In this document: positions 1 to 12,760 of the stretch, in pieces
Layout: every line of letters begins with the position of its first letter
Position numbering within the stretch: position 1 is the stretch's first letter
NCBI GenBank assembly: GCA_964276515.1
Contig: OZ193909.1
Span: forward strand, 7,254,001 to 7,318,000
Reading direction: 5' to 3'
DNA length: 64,000 bases
From: Gordius albopunctatus
Lineage: Eukaryota
Translations under genes and position numbers: made by a program
The notes under the pieces: generated by a model
What the model was told of the DNA's origin: nothing
The model's input: only the letters and a program-made list of their open reading frames with translations
Database searches by the model: none

Positions 1-327
1 TATTATTATAAAACTGTTATTTTAATTCTTACCTCCTCCAGATCTTTTGCTATAACACAATGTAAAATTATATATAAGGTTCTCCATGATGATTTGTATT
101 CTTTAAAGGGGATGATGAAAAAAAAACTAATATTTATTTATCTATATTTAGTTTCCTAATATTAAGTAAACTGCTCATATGTTAAAAACTTGAGACAACT
201 ATTTAACATCCATTTATTTTTATTATGAAACCATTATTATATAGCTGATTATAATCAATATAGTAAATATAATGAAATTTATAATAACTGTTTAAATGTT
301 TTAAGTTTGAAGTGCAATTTAAGATAT

Positions 328-893
328 GGTTGAGGGCTTGAGGGCCAAATGTTGTTAAGGTAGTGGTCGCAATGGGACAGAAAATAATTGATGGACCTAG
401 GTCAGAATATTTGGTAATTTTTTGAGCTTCGGCTGTCGCCAGTGGATCTTTATTTTGATTTGTTGGTGCAAAAGCATCGGAGCAAGTAAAATCCCAGGCC
501 AAGCTAAGTCCTTTTTCCCAAGGAGACAGCGTTTGGCCATCAGGTCTCTTACTATCTCCACAAAGACCTGATGGTTCAAGGATGGATGGAAAGCCAGCTT
601 TATTCATGTAGTTATGAATAACTTTATTGACAGCAACGTGGCGCAAATATCTTGCCTTATTGCGGTTGCAATGGAGGCCATGGCCTCAACCTTATCAAAA
701 AAGTGGGAAAACATCTTTCCACGTTTTCCGGCGACAAACGTGAAGCATTTTTTATGAGGCAGAAAATTGCAATTACCATTTGTAAATATAATTCAATCGC
801 GATATATGAATGTTTTCCTGATATTTATGGTAATGTATAATCAACTTATATCCTGATTAATACAAATAATTAAAGAGAATCATTGTTAAAAAA
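328..893. mobile_element. CRE-like non-LTR retrotransposon (RLE endonuclease) fragment with 5' inversion
   Basis: Minus 686->328 encodes HGLHC..RHVAVN..RPDGQTLSPWEKGLSLAWDFTCSD..AEAQKITKY..FGPQALN. Plus 684-840 continues LNLIKKVGKHL..FFMRQKIAITICKYN, followed by an A-rich tail. 12-bp TSD AATTTAAGATAT at 316-327 and 894-905. Confidence 0.85.
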
Positions 894-1129
894 AATTTAA
901 GATATTATAAAAAAATTTTTATATAATTATATAACAAACTAATATATATTTACTAATTTATACTATCTAATATTAAGTTAAATACTCATGTGTTATAGAT
1001 TTTAGAGGCAACTATTTAATATCAAATCATTGTTAAGATATATTGTCTAAGGGTAAAATAACTCAAATGATTTAAAATACTTTATAAATAAACAAGTTAT
1101 CATACCATATTAATTAAAAGTATAACTTA

Positions 1130-1648
1130 CTTTTAAGTTATCTTTAAATATGTATTAAATTTAATTTAAATTAATGACGAGGAATAGCTAAATCTTCACG
1201 ATTAAGACTAAAAAAACTTAAAATATAACTTTATTGAAATAATTTACCCTTTAATAGTCAAATTAAAAACAGGAGTAATTTATTTAGTTTGAATTAATGA
1301 TGAGAATTAGCTAGCACTTCAGAGTTCGGAGTTTTAAAATTTAAAAAAAGAGGAAATCCAGCCCCTGGCGAAATGGACAGCTGGCAAAAAGTCATAAAAG
1401 TTGCAAAATAGTGTGCTTATTTATATATATCTAAAATATATGATTTATATATACAATTTATAGTATATTTTTTGTTAAAAAAAATAGGTCTCGCGTGTTT
1501 TTTACAATGTATAAACTTGGAACCGACTCTAAAAATTTGACCCGACCCGAAAGCATTTAAAAATGTTTGACCCGAACCCGACCCGACCCGAAAGCATTTT
1601 CCCGAGGTCGGGTCGGGTCTGGTCTTGGGTCACCCGTGCAGTTCTCTA
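1130..1648 (-). mobile_element. hAT element end (inverted copy of 19658-20150)
   Basis: Near-identical reverse complement of 19658-20150; terminus CCGTGCAGTTCTCTA; ACCCG subterminal repeats. Confidence 0.75.
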
Positions 1649-1657
1649 CGGCATACA

Positions 1658-1822
1658 CATGGGCGTAGCTAGGGGGAGGCAGGGATGGGCGGCCGTCCCC
1701 TCTAAATCCAAATATTCTTCAAAATTTATTAAAATTATGGCTAAAATTTCAAATAATTATTATTTTTCCCCTACCTAAATCATTATTGGCACCCTCTAAT
1801 TCAAAAGCTAACTATGCACATG
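1658..1822. mobile_element. hAT-type MITE (CATGGGCGTAGC family)
   Basis: TIR CATGGGCGTAG..CTATGCACATG; 8-bp TSD GGCATACA/GGGATACA. Related copies at 11456-11896, 33693-33845 and 41088-41253. Confidence 0.75.
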
Positions 1823-2991
1823 GGGATACATAATATTATACAAGCACTCGAGTGTTTATAATTTTGTTAAAAACGTCAAAACAATCTGTGAAATACATTC
1901 AACGCAATAGAGCAATGTAATGAAAATTAATTTAAGAATTTTTTATTCGCAGATCCAATGAATTTTACCTTCTGAAGACAAATTTTTCTCTTGAAATATT
2001 ATGAAAGTATTTTACTAGATAGGACAGGACTTTATTTTGCAAAAATAAAAATTTTGTCCCTTATTACTAATTTTCTGTTTTGAGTTTCATTAGAGAATTC
2101 TTCGACTAAGGATTGTTTATTTAAAATATCCTTTGGGCAATAAACTTCGTATTTTATTTTTGCTTAACTTTTTATAATAACTAACTCAGATGCTTTTTCA
2201 TAACCATTTGAGGTTGAAATTTATAATGTAGAGGGTTATTAAAAAGGGCTATTAGTACCTAGTGTTAAAAAGCTTAGGGTTGGAAATGTATGATATTCTA
2301 AGTTGTATTAATTTCGGCGTAGAAAGAGAAAATATTTGCTATTCCGAAACATACCAGGCTTAATATATACACGGTGTGGCAATTCGCTATTAAGGCTGCC
2401 CATCAGGTCCGGATTAACAGATTCCCAAGATATTTTAGCAAAATTTTAAAATAGAGGTCATTTTACTGATATTAATTAAAACAAAGTTTGAAATTGTTAT
2501 TCTTAATTACGAAGGAATTGAATGAACCCAACACATAGCCTGTACAACTTTTTATTTTGCCAATGTTAGATTTTATTTTTCGTTTATGTAATTAATAAAT
2601 TAATTCGATAAAAACTGAAATTTTCGAAAATCGAGACTCAAATGGAAGTTTTTTGTCTAAAAAATTTGAATTACCGAATGCAAAATTTGCAAACACATAA
2701 TTTTGAATTTAATTTTTTATTTAGTTCCGATAAAAATTTAGAATCCTCTATTGTATTATCAGCACCTATTTTAAAAAATGCAGTAAAAAACTATTAATTT
2801 CTATATAAGCGTCAATTTAAACTGGATCATTTATTTGAGGCTAAAATTAGTAAAATTATAAATTACAATGATAATGTATAACATGGCATGATAAAATGAT
2901 CAATGGTTGGATATGGGCTAATTGGTTCTATTGTAAATGATATTAAAAATATTGAAGTGAACAACACATCAATCGAAATATACTTTCTGGC

Positions 2992-5900
2992 TTATTGAAT
3001 TTTAGAACATCTTTCCCCTTTGAAGTAGGAATTACAAATACATTTTCCACTAATGTTGTCACACATTTCAGTTCCCCACTTGTTGCATTCACAACCTGGA
3101 CATTATATAAAATTTAATATTTATATCCACATATTTTATTGAAATGAATAAATCAATTAAATAATTTTGTAAAATAATATTACTTTTTTCGCATCTTTTT
3201 CCATAAAACAAAAATTTACAAAAGCAAACATTTAAATCATAATCGATGGTATTTTGTTTGACGCATGGCATTTCTAAACATATAAAATATCATAAAAATA
3301 AATTGTCATACACGAAAACATTATTTAGTTTTTATATCGCCCCAATTCTGAATATTATAATAGAATTATATAAATATATGAGTGTTAAATTAGTTTTAAA
3401 AAACTTTGTAATTAAACTTTAAGTGAGCACGGCTATGTTTTAATACCTTTATCACATCGTTCCCCGTAGAACCCTTCATCACATTCACAATGTCCAGTGT
3501 CTTTGCTGCAACTTTTAGTATTATTCTTGTGGCAATCGCATACTGAGTCATAAAATGTATTAAAAACATTAGATTTGTTTTTTACGTAATAAAATTTTTT
3601 ATTAAATGAAACTATAAACAACTATAAATCCCTCACTGCTTTTCGCCCCCATAGTGACCACTACCCTTACAACAATAGGTCCTAAAATCTAAGACCTCCT
3701 GAAAGAATTGGGACGCCATATAGCAGCTAATACCCTTGACAATAGGCAAACTTTTTTCATTAAACAGAAAATCGGAATCATTATTTGTCATTTCAACGCT
3801 ATCGCAATTTTCGAATGTTTACCTCGCACATGATTTTTATAGTTGTTTATAGTTTCATTTAATAAAACATTTTATTACGTAAAAAAACATTAGATTAAAA
3901 ACAAACCCGGGCCTTCGGCCCTCGTGGTAAGGGGAAGGGGCAATTGGAGTAGGGGAAGGGGGGAAGGAGGAACTCTTCTATACTCTGTATAAAAGTAGTA
4001 TGTTTGCTATGAAATTTATAGGCGAGAAAGGTGGGAAGGGGCGAGAATCTCTATAGGGGGTATTAAATGCAAAATAATTAGACTGACGGGCATAGGGTAA
4101 ATATCAATGGTAACCAATTTAAAAAAACGAAAAAAAAATTTCGAATCACAAATTAGGCCAATGTTCATTTTTTTCAAATAGTTAATAATATAATAACATC
4201 TTCAAGATTTGCCATAGATTCTTGCCAAAGTTTAACGTTGAAAACATCTTTGTTTATGACATTTCGAACCAAGGGTAGCAATTTAAACCTGGGCTTCACG
4301 AACGGAACAAATTTTTTTGGGAGCCTCATCGCCTTTATCTTTGTTAATAAGTTAAAAAAATTCGTCCCTTATTTTTGAAAAACCTCACCCAAAATGGTGA
4401 TCTAATTGACTTAATAAATATGCACTATGGAAGAAGGAATAATGAGAAACTTAAAGAATTATTTCTTCATAGGTTTAACGTTTAATTATATAACAAAATG
4501 AAAAGGGATTAAATGTTAATATACGCCATAAACATGGCGCCCGGCAATTTGCGACCCGAGAGTATTTTTAAGCATTAATATAGTGAATTAGTATCATTTC
4601 TCAAATCTATAATGAAAAATATAATATTAATCAAATATAACGTCGAAATGTATATATCGCTCGCACCCAGCAAATAAGCTTGGTTTAGCGCAAATATTAC
4701 TTGTATATTTATTAAGCCCTAATCATGCTTTCAAGCATATAATGGCTGCAATATATATTTATTTTAACAACCATATTTTTTAGCTAGCAAAATTATTTAT
4801 AATATTTAAAGGTAAATTTAATTAAATAATTCAACATGAATTCAACATAAATATTTGATCGGATTAGTTATGTAACAGATGTTTGCTAAATACGATTGCC
4901 GTCCTTGACTCATAAAAAACCCCGAGCCTTGCCGACAGCTTGTATATGGTCAGACGGGCACCTCAAAAGTATTCGGATTTAATAGGCTTTTCTTTAATTT
5001 TTCTTTACTTTATTTTGGCGCAATATTTGTTTTGGCTATCTAAATAGCGTAAAAGGATTATCTTTCTAGAAGATTCGAAATCTTAAATAAGTTTAAATTA
5101 CAAATTATTTTATTGAAATTAAATTAATAATTACCTTTTGTGAATTTAAAATGATGCGCGCTGTATTAATTGTTAATGATTAAGTTTGTAGATGGTGTAT
5201 TGGAAATAAAGAAATGAGTATTTAAAAATTTACAAAGTCATCCTCTCTATACGATTTATCCGTTTCCCTCAGAAAACCCATTAAATTCCAATTAAATTCC
5301 AAGGTTGAGGAATTAAAGTAAGATTAAGTTATTGGGGGAAGGGGGTACTCGAGAGTTTTTTCGATCTATTTTTATTTCAGTGTAGCTATTGGGGAAAGCG
5401 GGTTCTCGAGAGTATGTTTTTGGGGGGCATTAATTAGGGTTAATAAATACCCTATCAAAATTAATTTAGCGATAACAAATATTATTTTTTTAATTTGAAA
5501 AGGTGCCTAACATTGAGAAATATGTATTTATTAAATTACTATTAAATAAAAAATAGGTAAAATAGCTGATATAAGATGGTACTCGGACTATGATATTTGC
5601 TTGAGCAGCGAGAAAGGTGTCATTCCAAATAGTTAAAGATTTTTTAAAGGGAACTTCCCATTTGGCGTTAAAGTAAAATCGTTTAGCAATAACATTCTGT
5701 TTAAACTATTAGGTACGGGTGCAGATAAAACACGGTCAATTAAGCTGTTTGGTCAAGAACCCATGTATTTATGATATTTCTAGCTGTCTCGACATTTTCC
5801 TCTTCGAAATTGAGGGATTCAGTTTGTGCAGCATAATACTTCTCTAAATCTTTAACGAATTTTGGGTGAACCGTAAATTTTTTGTCTAAAAACATTTTGG

Positions 5901-8900
5901 TGACCCAAGCAATTGTAGTAGATGCTTCGTAATCTTTCAAATCCTTAAAATCTTGATGCATCTCTGGGGGGGGGAGGAATGTCGACGTTTCAGATCATTA
6001 CAACGGTCTATAAATACATACGAGTCAAAAAAAAAACAAAAAAAAATTCGATTCACATTTTGGCCAATGGTCATTTTTTTACATTGGTCAAACAGATACT
6101 CTATAAGTCAATGATAGCCAAAAAAGGGGGAAAAAATTTTGATGCCCACTTTGGCCAATGTTTATTTTTTCCATTGGTCAGCAGCCAGCGGATGGCCAAA
6201 AAGTCATATTAGCAATGTTAGTAACAGGAACAATCATAAAAATTGCATAGCAATTAATATATATATATATATAAATATACCAATTCAAAAATTAAAAAAA
6301 AATTTCGAACAAAATTTTGCCAATGGTCATTTTTTTCAATGGTCAGTAGCCAGAACACGGTCAAAAAGTCATATTATCAATGGTATTAACAAGAACAATA
6401 TATTAATTTAATTTAAAAAAAAAATTGTCCTCTCAGGGTCTCGAACCAGCAATTTAGAACGTTCGCCGGGATTCAAACCCACATTAAATAGAGGCATAAG
6501 CCTTTGGAGGGGAACAGGGAACCACATCAATAGAAGCATAGGCCCTTGTAGGGGAGGGCATAGGGTAATTATCAATGTTACCCAATTCAAAAACGAAAAA
6601 CAAAAAATTTGGATTTATTTGGCCAGTGGTCATTTTTCCATTGGTCAGTAGCCTGTGGACGGTCATATTATCAATATTATCAATGGTATTAACAAGAACA
6701 AAATATTAATTTAATTAAAAAAAAAAATAAAAATTTTTGTCCTCTCCGTGTCTCGATCCCCAACCTGGAAGTCGGGAAGCTGGTGTAAATAACTTGGTGG
6801 ACGACGGACAGACGACGGACAACAAAAAACGAGCCCATAAATTGCATAGCAATTAAAATTGAAAAAATAAGTATCCCTTAATTGATTTTTTACAAATGTA
6901 AGATATCTTACCCACATCACAGCGATCGTTAAATGGATGTCTATGTCCTCTACACACGCACTTCCCTAATTCTTCCGTGCAATAATCGGTATTTTTCCAG
7001 TTGCAATCGCATACTATAAGTTAGAATAGGGATTAGGGAATAGTTATGTAAGCTTTTAATACAATGATGAGGTTTTACCTCCTGAACAATCTGCACCATA
7101 AAATCTTGCACGACACTGACATTTACCGTTTTCCATATTGCATATGTCAGTATTTTCTTGCTCACAGTGGCAAACTATAACATTGCATTAGCATATCATT
7201 TAGATTAAACGAAATATAAAATTTATTGACACAGGATAATCATCAAATACAACCTACATCATTAAAATTACAATATATTTTTCAGGGTCAACCTCAAATA
7301 AAATATTTCTTGCACGTATTGTGAAGATTATTAAAAAATAAGTATCTTCCATCAAAATATATTATTTTTAACTTCTTTCGTTTATTGTAGATGCCTTTAC
7401 GCTTATGCAAATAAGTGAGAGAGATAAGGCTCAAAGTAATGAGTGTGCGAGTAAAATATTCGGTAAACGAATATGCAAATGGCAGGCCTCAAGTTAGTGG
7501 AGACGTGCAGTATATCGAACTGTCGGGAAGCATCCCTCATTCAAATGAGGAGGGTATCGACAGGGTTTAAATCGTGGGCATTTTGCCATGATATGATCAG
7601 TTATTTAATTTGTTATTTTAGTCCTGCGGGTGTAGATATTTCATTTTCTAATCGGGACGGTAGTCCTGCGGGGAGAGGGATATGTTTATTTCTTATTTTA
7701 GACATGCGGTCCAGCGGCAATTATCTAACAAGAGGCAGACGTTCCTTAATCCGATTCGTTCCTTTGCCCGTATACGTTACTCATTCCAGACTATGGATTG
7801 TACGGATTAACCTCTCCGGCCATCGTTCAACATTTACCTTATCCGATCGATATATTATATTTTAATTATTTACTACGACAAGTGTACATATTATATCGAT
7901 TAGTAAATAAAGAAGTTGCGGTCATAAAATTGGTAGCACGAGGAAAACCCGCGAAGGACAGACGAATTGGCTAGGACGAACAAAAAACAATCCGAAGGAC
8001 CGGCATAGGTATAATTTATTTCTGATCGAAAAATCTTCGTTAATATTAATTATTTTGATTTTAATTTTTGTTATGTCACTTTATAATAGGACTTTTTGAA
8101 TATTTTTGGTTATATTATGGATTCTAACGTTGTAATTTCATTTATTCTGCTATATTTTACATATTATTAATATATTCTTACTTAAAATTTTACTTTATTA
8201 ATTTTGAATTTTACATAAAACATTGACGCGATAATTTAACTTATTTAATTTTGGTTATTAATCGCAATGTTTTGGCGGCATTTTCATTTTTGATGTAATT
8301 TTAATCGACAAGACATTTGTCATGTTGTTAATAATCATGGTCAAAGATGTATCGCGTAGAACAAATTTAAAAGTTAAGGCCTCGGTCCCTCATTGCTTTT
8401 ATGGTAATAAGTTGGGGCACTTCAGGCACAATTGTAGATTGTTTAATAATTTTTAATAGAGGCGAAACTCCGGTGGTCTATTTAAATATTGAAGGTAAGC
8501 AATAAACTTTTTGGTCGAGTCTGGGGTCTCAATTGCTTTTATAAGTAAATGTAATTTTTTAAAGTTATGGCCGTTTAAACACATTAATAAGTCATGTTTT
8601 AGTAAAACAATTAGACGCGTCAAATATGAAAATTTAGGGAGTACTAAAGTTCGAGTATGTGCAAGCGAGGAAGTTTTGAATTAAAGTGATTCGTTATCGA
8701 TGAGAAAATAGATAATATTGGGACATTTGTAAAAATTCCACGTATAATAGAAAAATCAATTGTTTAATTAATAATGCTGATGGCCATGCAACACCCGGTT
8801 TCAAGGTAGCATCTATGCATAAATCCTCGGTTGTTATTAATGAGGAGATGGACTCAGTTGATGAGCCAACCTCGGTGTCAGAGGCAAGGGTTTTCGATAA

Positions 8901-10287
8901 TAAGCCTACGACCTCTGGTTGGGTTGATTGTGATGGTCAGTACGTCGGGAGACTGTGGCATTTTAACATTGATAGAGTTTATGGAAATTTTTCGGGAACA
9001 ATTATGTCGTTTAAATGATAACGTTTCTTTTTCGATAAATATTCACTCAGATGCTATTACTCGTGTTTGTCCTGCCTGTCGAATACCGTTTATGTTGATT
9101 GAGAAGGTCAATAACGTTAGAAATGGTCAATTGATGTTTAATACCCCCTACTTAGAATCGAAATGGTTTTAACTAAAAAGTGCTAATTTTTTTGCAAGAT
9201 TAGATCTTGGGAAAACTTACCTTCATTTACGATGCCTAAGATCTTAACAATAAACACCGATAGAGGGGTTGTCCGGAGGTCCTGCAACAACTTTCCCTGG
9301 GCCATAAAGGAAAGGTGCCGGAAAAGGTAAAAGGGGAAGGTGTTGTAGATGCCTTTACGCTTATGCAAATAAGTGAGAGAGATAAGGCTCAAAGTAATGA
9401 GTGTGCGAGTAAAATATTCGGTAAACGAATATGCAAATGGCAGGCCTCAAGTTAGTGGAGACGTGCAGTATATCGAACTGTCGGGAAGCATCCCTCATTC
9501 AAATGAGGAGGGTATCGACAGGGTTTAAATCGTGGGCATTTTGCCATGATATGATCAGTTATTTAATTTGTTATTTTAGTCCTGCGGGTGTAGATATTTC
9601 ATTTTCTAATCGGGACGGTAGTCCTGCGGGGAGAGGGATATGTTTATTTCTTATTTTAGACATGCGGTCCAGCGGCAATTATCTAACAAGAGGCAGACGT
9701 TCCTTAATCCGATTCGTTCCTTTGCCCGTATACGTTACTCATTCCAGACTATGGATTGTACGGATTAACCTCTCCGGCCATCGTTCAACATTTACCTTAT
9801 CCGATCGATATATTATATTTTAATTATTTACTACGACAAGTGTACATATTATATCGATTAGTAAATAAAGAAGTTGCGGTTATAAAAGTTTACTTGTTAA
9901 ATATATAGCTAGTGATCTTGATGTTTAATATTAATTTTGGAAATGTGTGTTTTAAAGCGTGTTTATTTCATTCACCAATGTTCCTTAGAAAATTATCGAG
10001 TATGAAGGTTGCGGTCATGTTAGATGTATATTTAAATCAGAATGTTAAAAACATGCTAGATTTTGTGTGCAAAATTTACCGTTTTCACATCGTTTTCCCC
10101 AATAGTTGGCTTTGCAAAAACATACATTGTCTATATCACTCGATTGACTCTCTACATTTGCTGCAACACAATCCAAATCTATTAAATAAAAATTTTATTT
10201 TAATTATGCATGTATAATTGACTTACCTTCAGTGAAATATATAGGGGCAAAGCATATCAAACAGGTTACGAGGAGAAATAAAGTCAT
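2992..10287 (-). CDS. Secreted protein with six tandem EGF/laminin-EGF-like modules, ~215 aa
   Basis: Exons 10287-10227 (signal peptide MTLFLLVTCLICFAPIYFTE), 10178-10080 (DCVAANV..CFCKANYWGKRCEN), 7174-7079 (CHCEQENTDICNMENGKCQCRARFYGADCSG), 7013-6912 (CDCNWKNTDYC..CVCRGHRHPFNDRCDV), 3542-3447 (CDCHKNNTKSC..CECDEGFYGERCDK), 3273-3184, 3095-2992. All introns are phase 1 GT-AG, one module per exon. The 3' end is uncertain. Confidence 0.82.
3576..3882 (+). mobile_element. CRE-like retrotransposon 3' fragment with an inverted copy of its 3' UTR at the 5' end
   Basis: 3630-3833 encodes FAPIVTTTLTTIGP..LKELGRHI..FFIKQKIGIIICHFNAIAIFECLP, homologous to the element at 328-893. 3577-3628 is the reverse complement of 3836-3888. 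14-bp TSD AAAAACATTAGATT at 3562-3575 and 3883-3896. Confidence 0.8.
3903..6856 (-). mobile_element. HINE/DINE-1-like Helentron derivative; possibly one element with cargo or two fragments
   Basis: Hairpin end GGGCCTTCGGCCC at ~3909, subTIR TTTGCTATG at ~4003, tandem monomers 5990-6720, GACG repeats, and terminal GAGCCCATAAATTGCATAGCAATT at 6831-6854. Unrelated sequence including the serpin fragment lies at ~4190-5965. Confidence 0.65.
5560..5963 (-). pseudogene. Serpin gene fragment (helix D to strand 3A region)
   Basis: KMFLDKKFTVHPKFVKDLEKYYAAQTESLNF..ARNIINTWVLDQT*, then a frameshift to IDRVL..FYFNAKWEVPF. These are typical serpin motifs (IN.WV..T, YF.A.W..PF). No rest of the gene is visible. 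Confidence 0.75.
7385..9887 (+). mobile_element. Non-autonomous LTR retrotransposon (Gypsy-derived), recent insertion
   Basis: LTRs 7385-7929 and 9341-9887 are near-identical (one difference noticed by eye). PBS TGGTAGCACGAGGA at 7931 resembles the tRNA-iMet complement. PPT AAAAGGGGAAGG precedes 9341. TSD GTTTA at 7380-7384 and 9888-9892. Decayed zinc knuckle (CFYGNKLGHFRHNC, 8394-8435) and protease (FLVESGVS, 8508). Confidence 0.9.
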
Positions 10288-11044
10288 ATTTTGCCTACAA
10301 CAAAGTGTTTTTTGGAAGTCAATTAACCTTTATATATTAAGCATATATTGATTATTCATAACGATCGATAATATTAAAGGAACACCTGTTATCGCCAATA
10401 CAACATTTTACTATGAACATAGACTAAAGAATCTATCTAATAAAAATATTTTTTTCTATAATTTATAAAATAATGACTTGTATTATTTGCAATAAAATCT
10501 TGATAGTTGGTAGATCTATATCAACCCTATGACTTTCAAACCTCGTAAAATTCTTTGATTATTGGAAGGTTATTTCTTAATAGGTTTATAAATGCACTCA
10601 TGCATAAACACCTACTTATTAATGACCAATTTTACAGCTTTAGAAAGCTAATTGTAGGACTGATTAACTCCATTTTGACCTGTCTTTTACTGATTTAGGG
10701 GAATCAACAAGCATAACAGGCCGATTCGAGTACCATATTGATTTTTTATGGGGCAGTCAAGGGAGAAAGACCATAACTTAAGTGTAAGGAAACACAATAG
10801 AATAGAATATGCTGTGTTAAGGTTACAAAATTTATTATTTAACCAAAATCTAAATAATAATAGGAATTTAAGATTGTATAATTTTTATGGCTCTTTGTGC
10901 TCACACCATATTTTCGTTTCACACTTTTATAGTTTATAGATATTAGACTATAATAAACTTTTAAACTCTTTTTTAGAGATAATATTTGATTAAATATTCT
11001 CAAAGTATTCTTAATTGAAAAAGGTAATGCAATATTTTAAAATA

Positions 11045-11388
11045 AAAACTCGGGCCTTTGGCCCTCGTGGGAAGGGGGAGGCGGAAGGGGAGGAGGGGAA
11101 GGGAAGTGGGGAGAGAGGGGCAGGAGGGAAGGGGGAACGACTCATCTATACTCCGTATAAATGTAGCATATTTGCTATGCAATTTATGGGCGAGATTGCT
11201 TATAGGGGGGTAGTAAATGCAAAATGATTAGTTAATTATTAATACAAATTTTCCATTGAATTAAAAAAAATTAGCCTCCCCGGGTATCGAACCCAGTGGT
11301 AAACACGACGAAAAGCATGACAATACATTCGGTGCGTGACATGACATCGGAAAATGGAAAGTGAGCCCATAATTTGCATAGCAATTAA
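11045..11388 (-). mobile_element. Short HINE/DINE-1-like element
   Basis: Both family ends present: hairpin GGGCCTTTGGCCC with subTIR TTTGCTATGCAATTTATGGGC, and terminal GAGCCCATAATTTGCATAGCAATT. No tandem array. Confidence 0.8.
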
Positions 11389-11455
11389 TAATAGCAGAAT
11401 TAAACATAATATTTTGGGAAATTGATTGTAATTTATATAGGTCCTTAGAAGGTTT

Positions 11456-11896
11456 CATGGGCGTAGCCAGCATTTGGATTAGTATATAGTATAAATAAAA
11501 TCAGCATACAAAAATATCATTAATTTTATTATTGTATTTAAGGCCTAAACTTTGTACTATTTTAAAGTTAAAATTTGAAATGTTGATTGATTGAGCCTAT
11601 ACTGTAAGTAAAATAAAAATACAAAACTTTAATTATGGTTACGAGATAATTTAAGTGTTTAATAAGTATACATTTACAACCATATAGTCGTAAGGAAAAA
11701 AAGAATTCATTATAATATATTTCAATTAAAATACCAAATTTTTCATTCATTAACACATTTATTATTGGCCATGATTTAGGGAAGGGCAAAAAGATCATTA
11801 TTTTTTTTGGAATTTTAGAAAATATTTGGATTTAGAGGAAAGCAACCGCCCCTCTCTGCCCCCCCCCCCCCAATTCAAAACCTGGGTACGCCCATG
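11456..11896. mobile_element. hAT-type MITE (CATGGGCGTA family)
   Basis: TIRs CATGGGCGTAGCCAG / CTGGGTACGCCCATG. Confidence 0.65.
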
Positions 11897-12760
11897 CATA
11901 CAAGTCAATGCTTAATACCGAAAAAGAGCACTAACCATGAAAAAAAGATTTATGCCTATTTATTGGTTATGAAAGAATTGAAAATACTTTTTAATATTAA
12001 TTTATTCGTTAAATAGGACATTGTAAAAGTGAAAATTGGTTAGCAATTTCAGGACGCTTTTATAATAAAAAACAGAGTAAGGATTCACTTATAAACTATC
12101 AGAAAAATTTTGATAACAAATTTTTAATGTTAAAAAGCTGCAATTTAAATTATTTAAAAGTTAAAGAACAAGTACACACAATATACTTGAGAAAACTATT
12201 ATTTTATGTCAGACTCCTAATAAAATATTTTAGTTCAAAAAATTAACAACATAATTGTTTTCAAAAAATGTATATATTGAAATATATTAATTAGCTTTAT
12301 AGGAGATAGGCTCCAACGCACTTAGCTTTATGCCCAACAACAAAATATTAAACGAGTTTCTCTTCTTAATTTAATATTTAACATCAAGATTAACAGGCTG
12401 TGTTTTTTCAGGTGTTTGGCTATAGTGATTCATCGTATACTTATAATAACCTACATTACCATACACTATTCTCTATTTTAAGATAATTAAGATGATCATA
12501 ATGCTATATAATGTAAATAAATATGATCGGTTGTATATTGTATATTCAATCCAGTATTGTGAATGTCATTCTATAAAATCGGTGGGTTTTGATTGATAAA
12601 ATAGGTAGAAGGAATAAGAGACCTGCACTTCCTATTCTGCTTTAGAATCAAACAACGGGCTGGGCCTGGACGGGCCGTAATATAACTTAGCGGGCTCAGA
12701 CCGGGCTTACATATATTTAAGGCCCGTTAAAAGCCCATTACAAAATCGATTAGTATATAT

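Noticed and set aside
7473..7865. Identical 130-aa ORFs at 7473 and 9431
   Set aside because: Both lie within the two LTRs; no recognisable domain, and the identity simply reflects LTR duplication.
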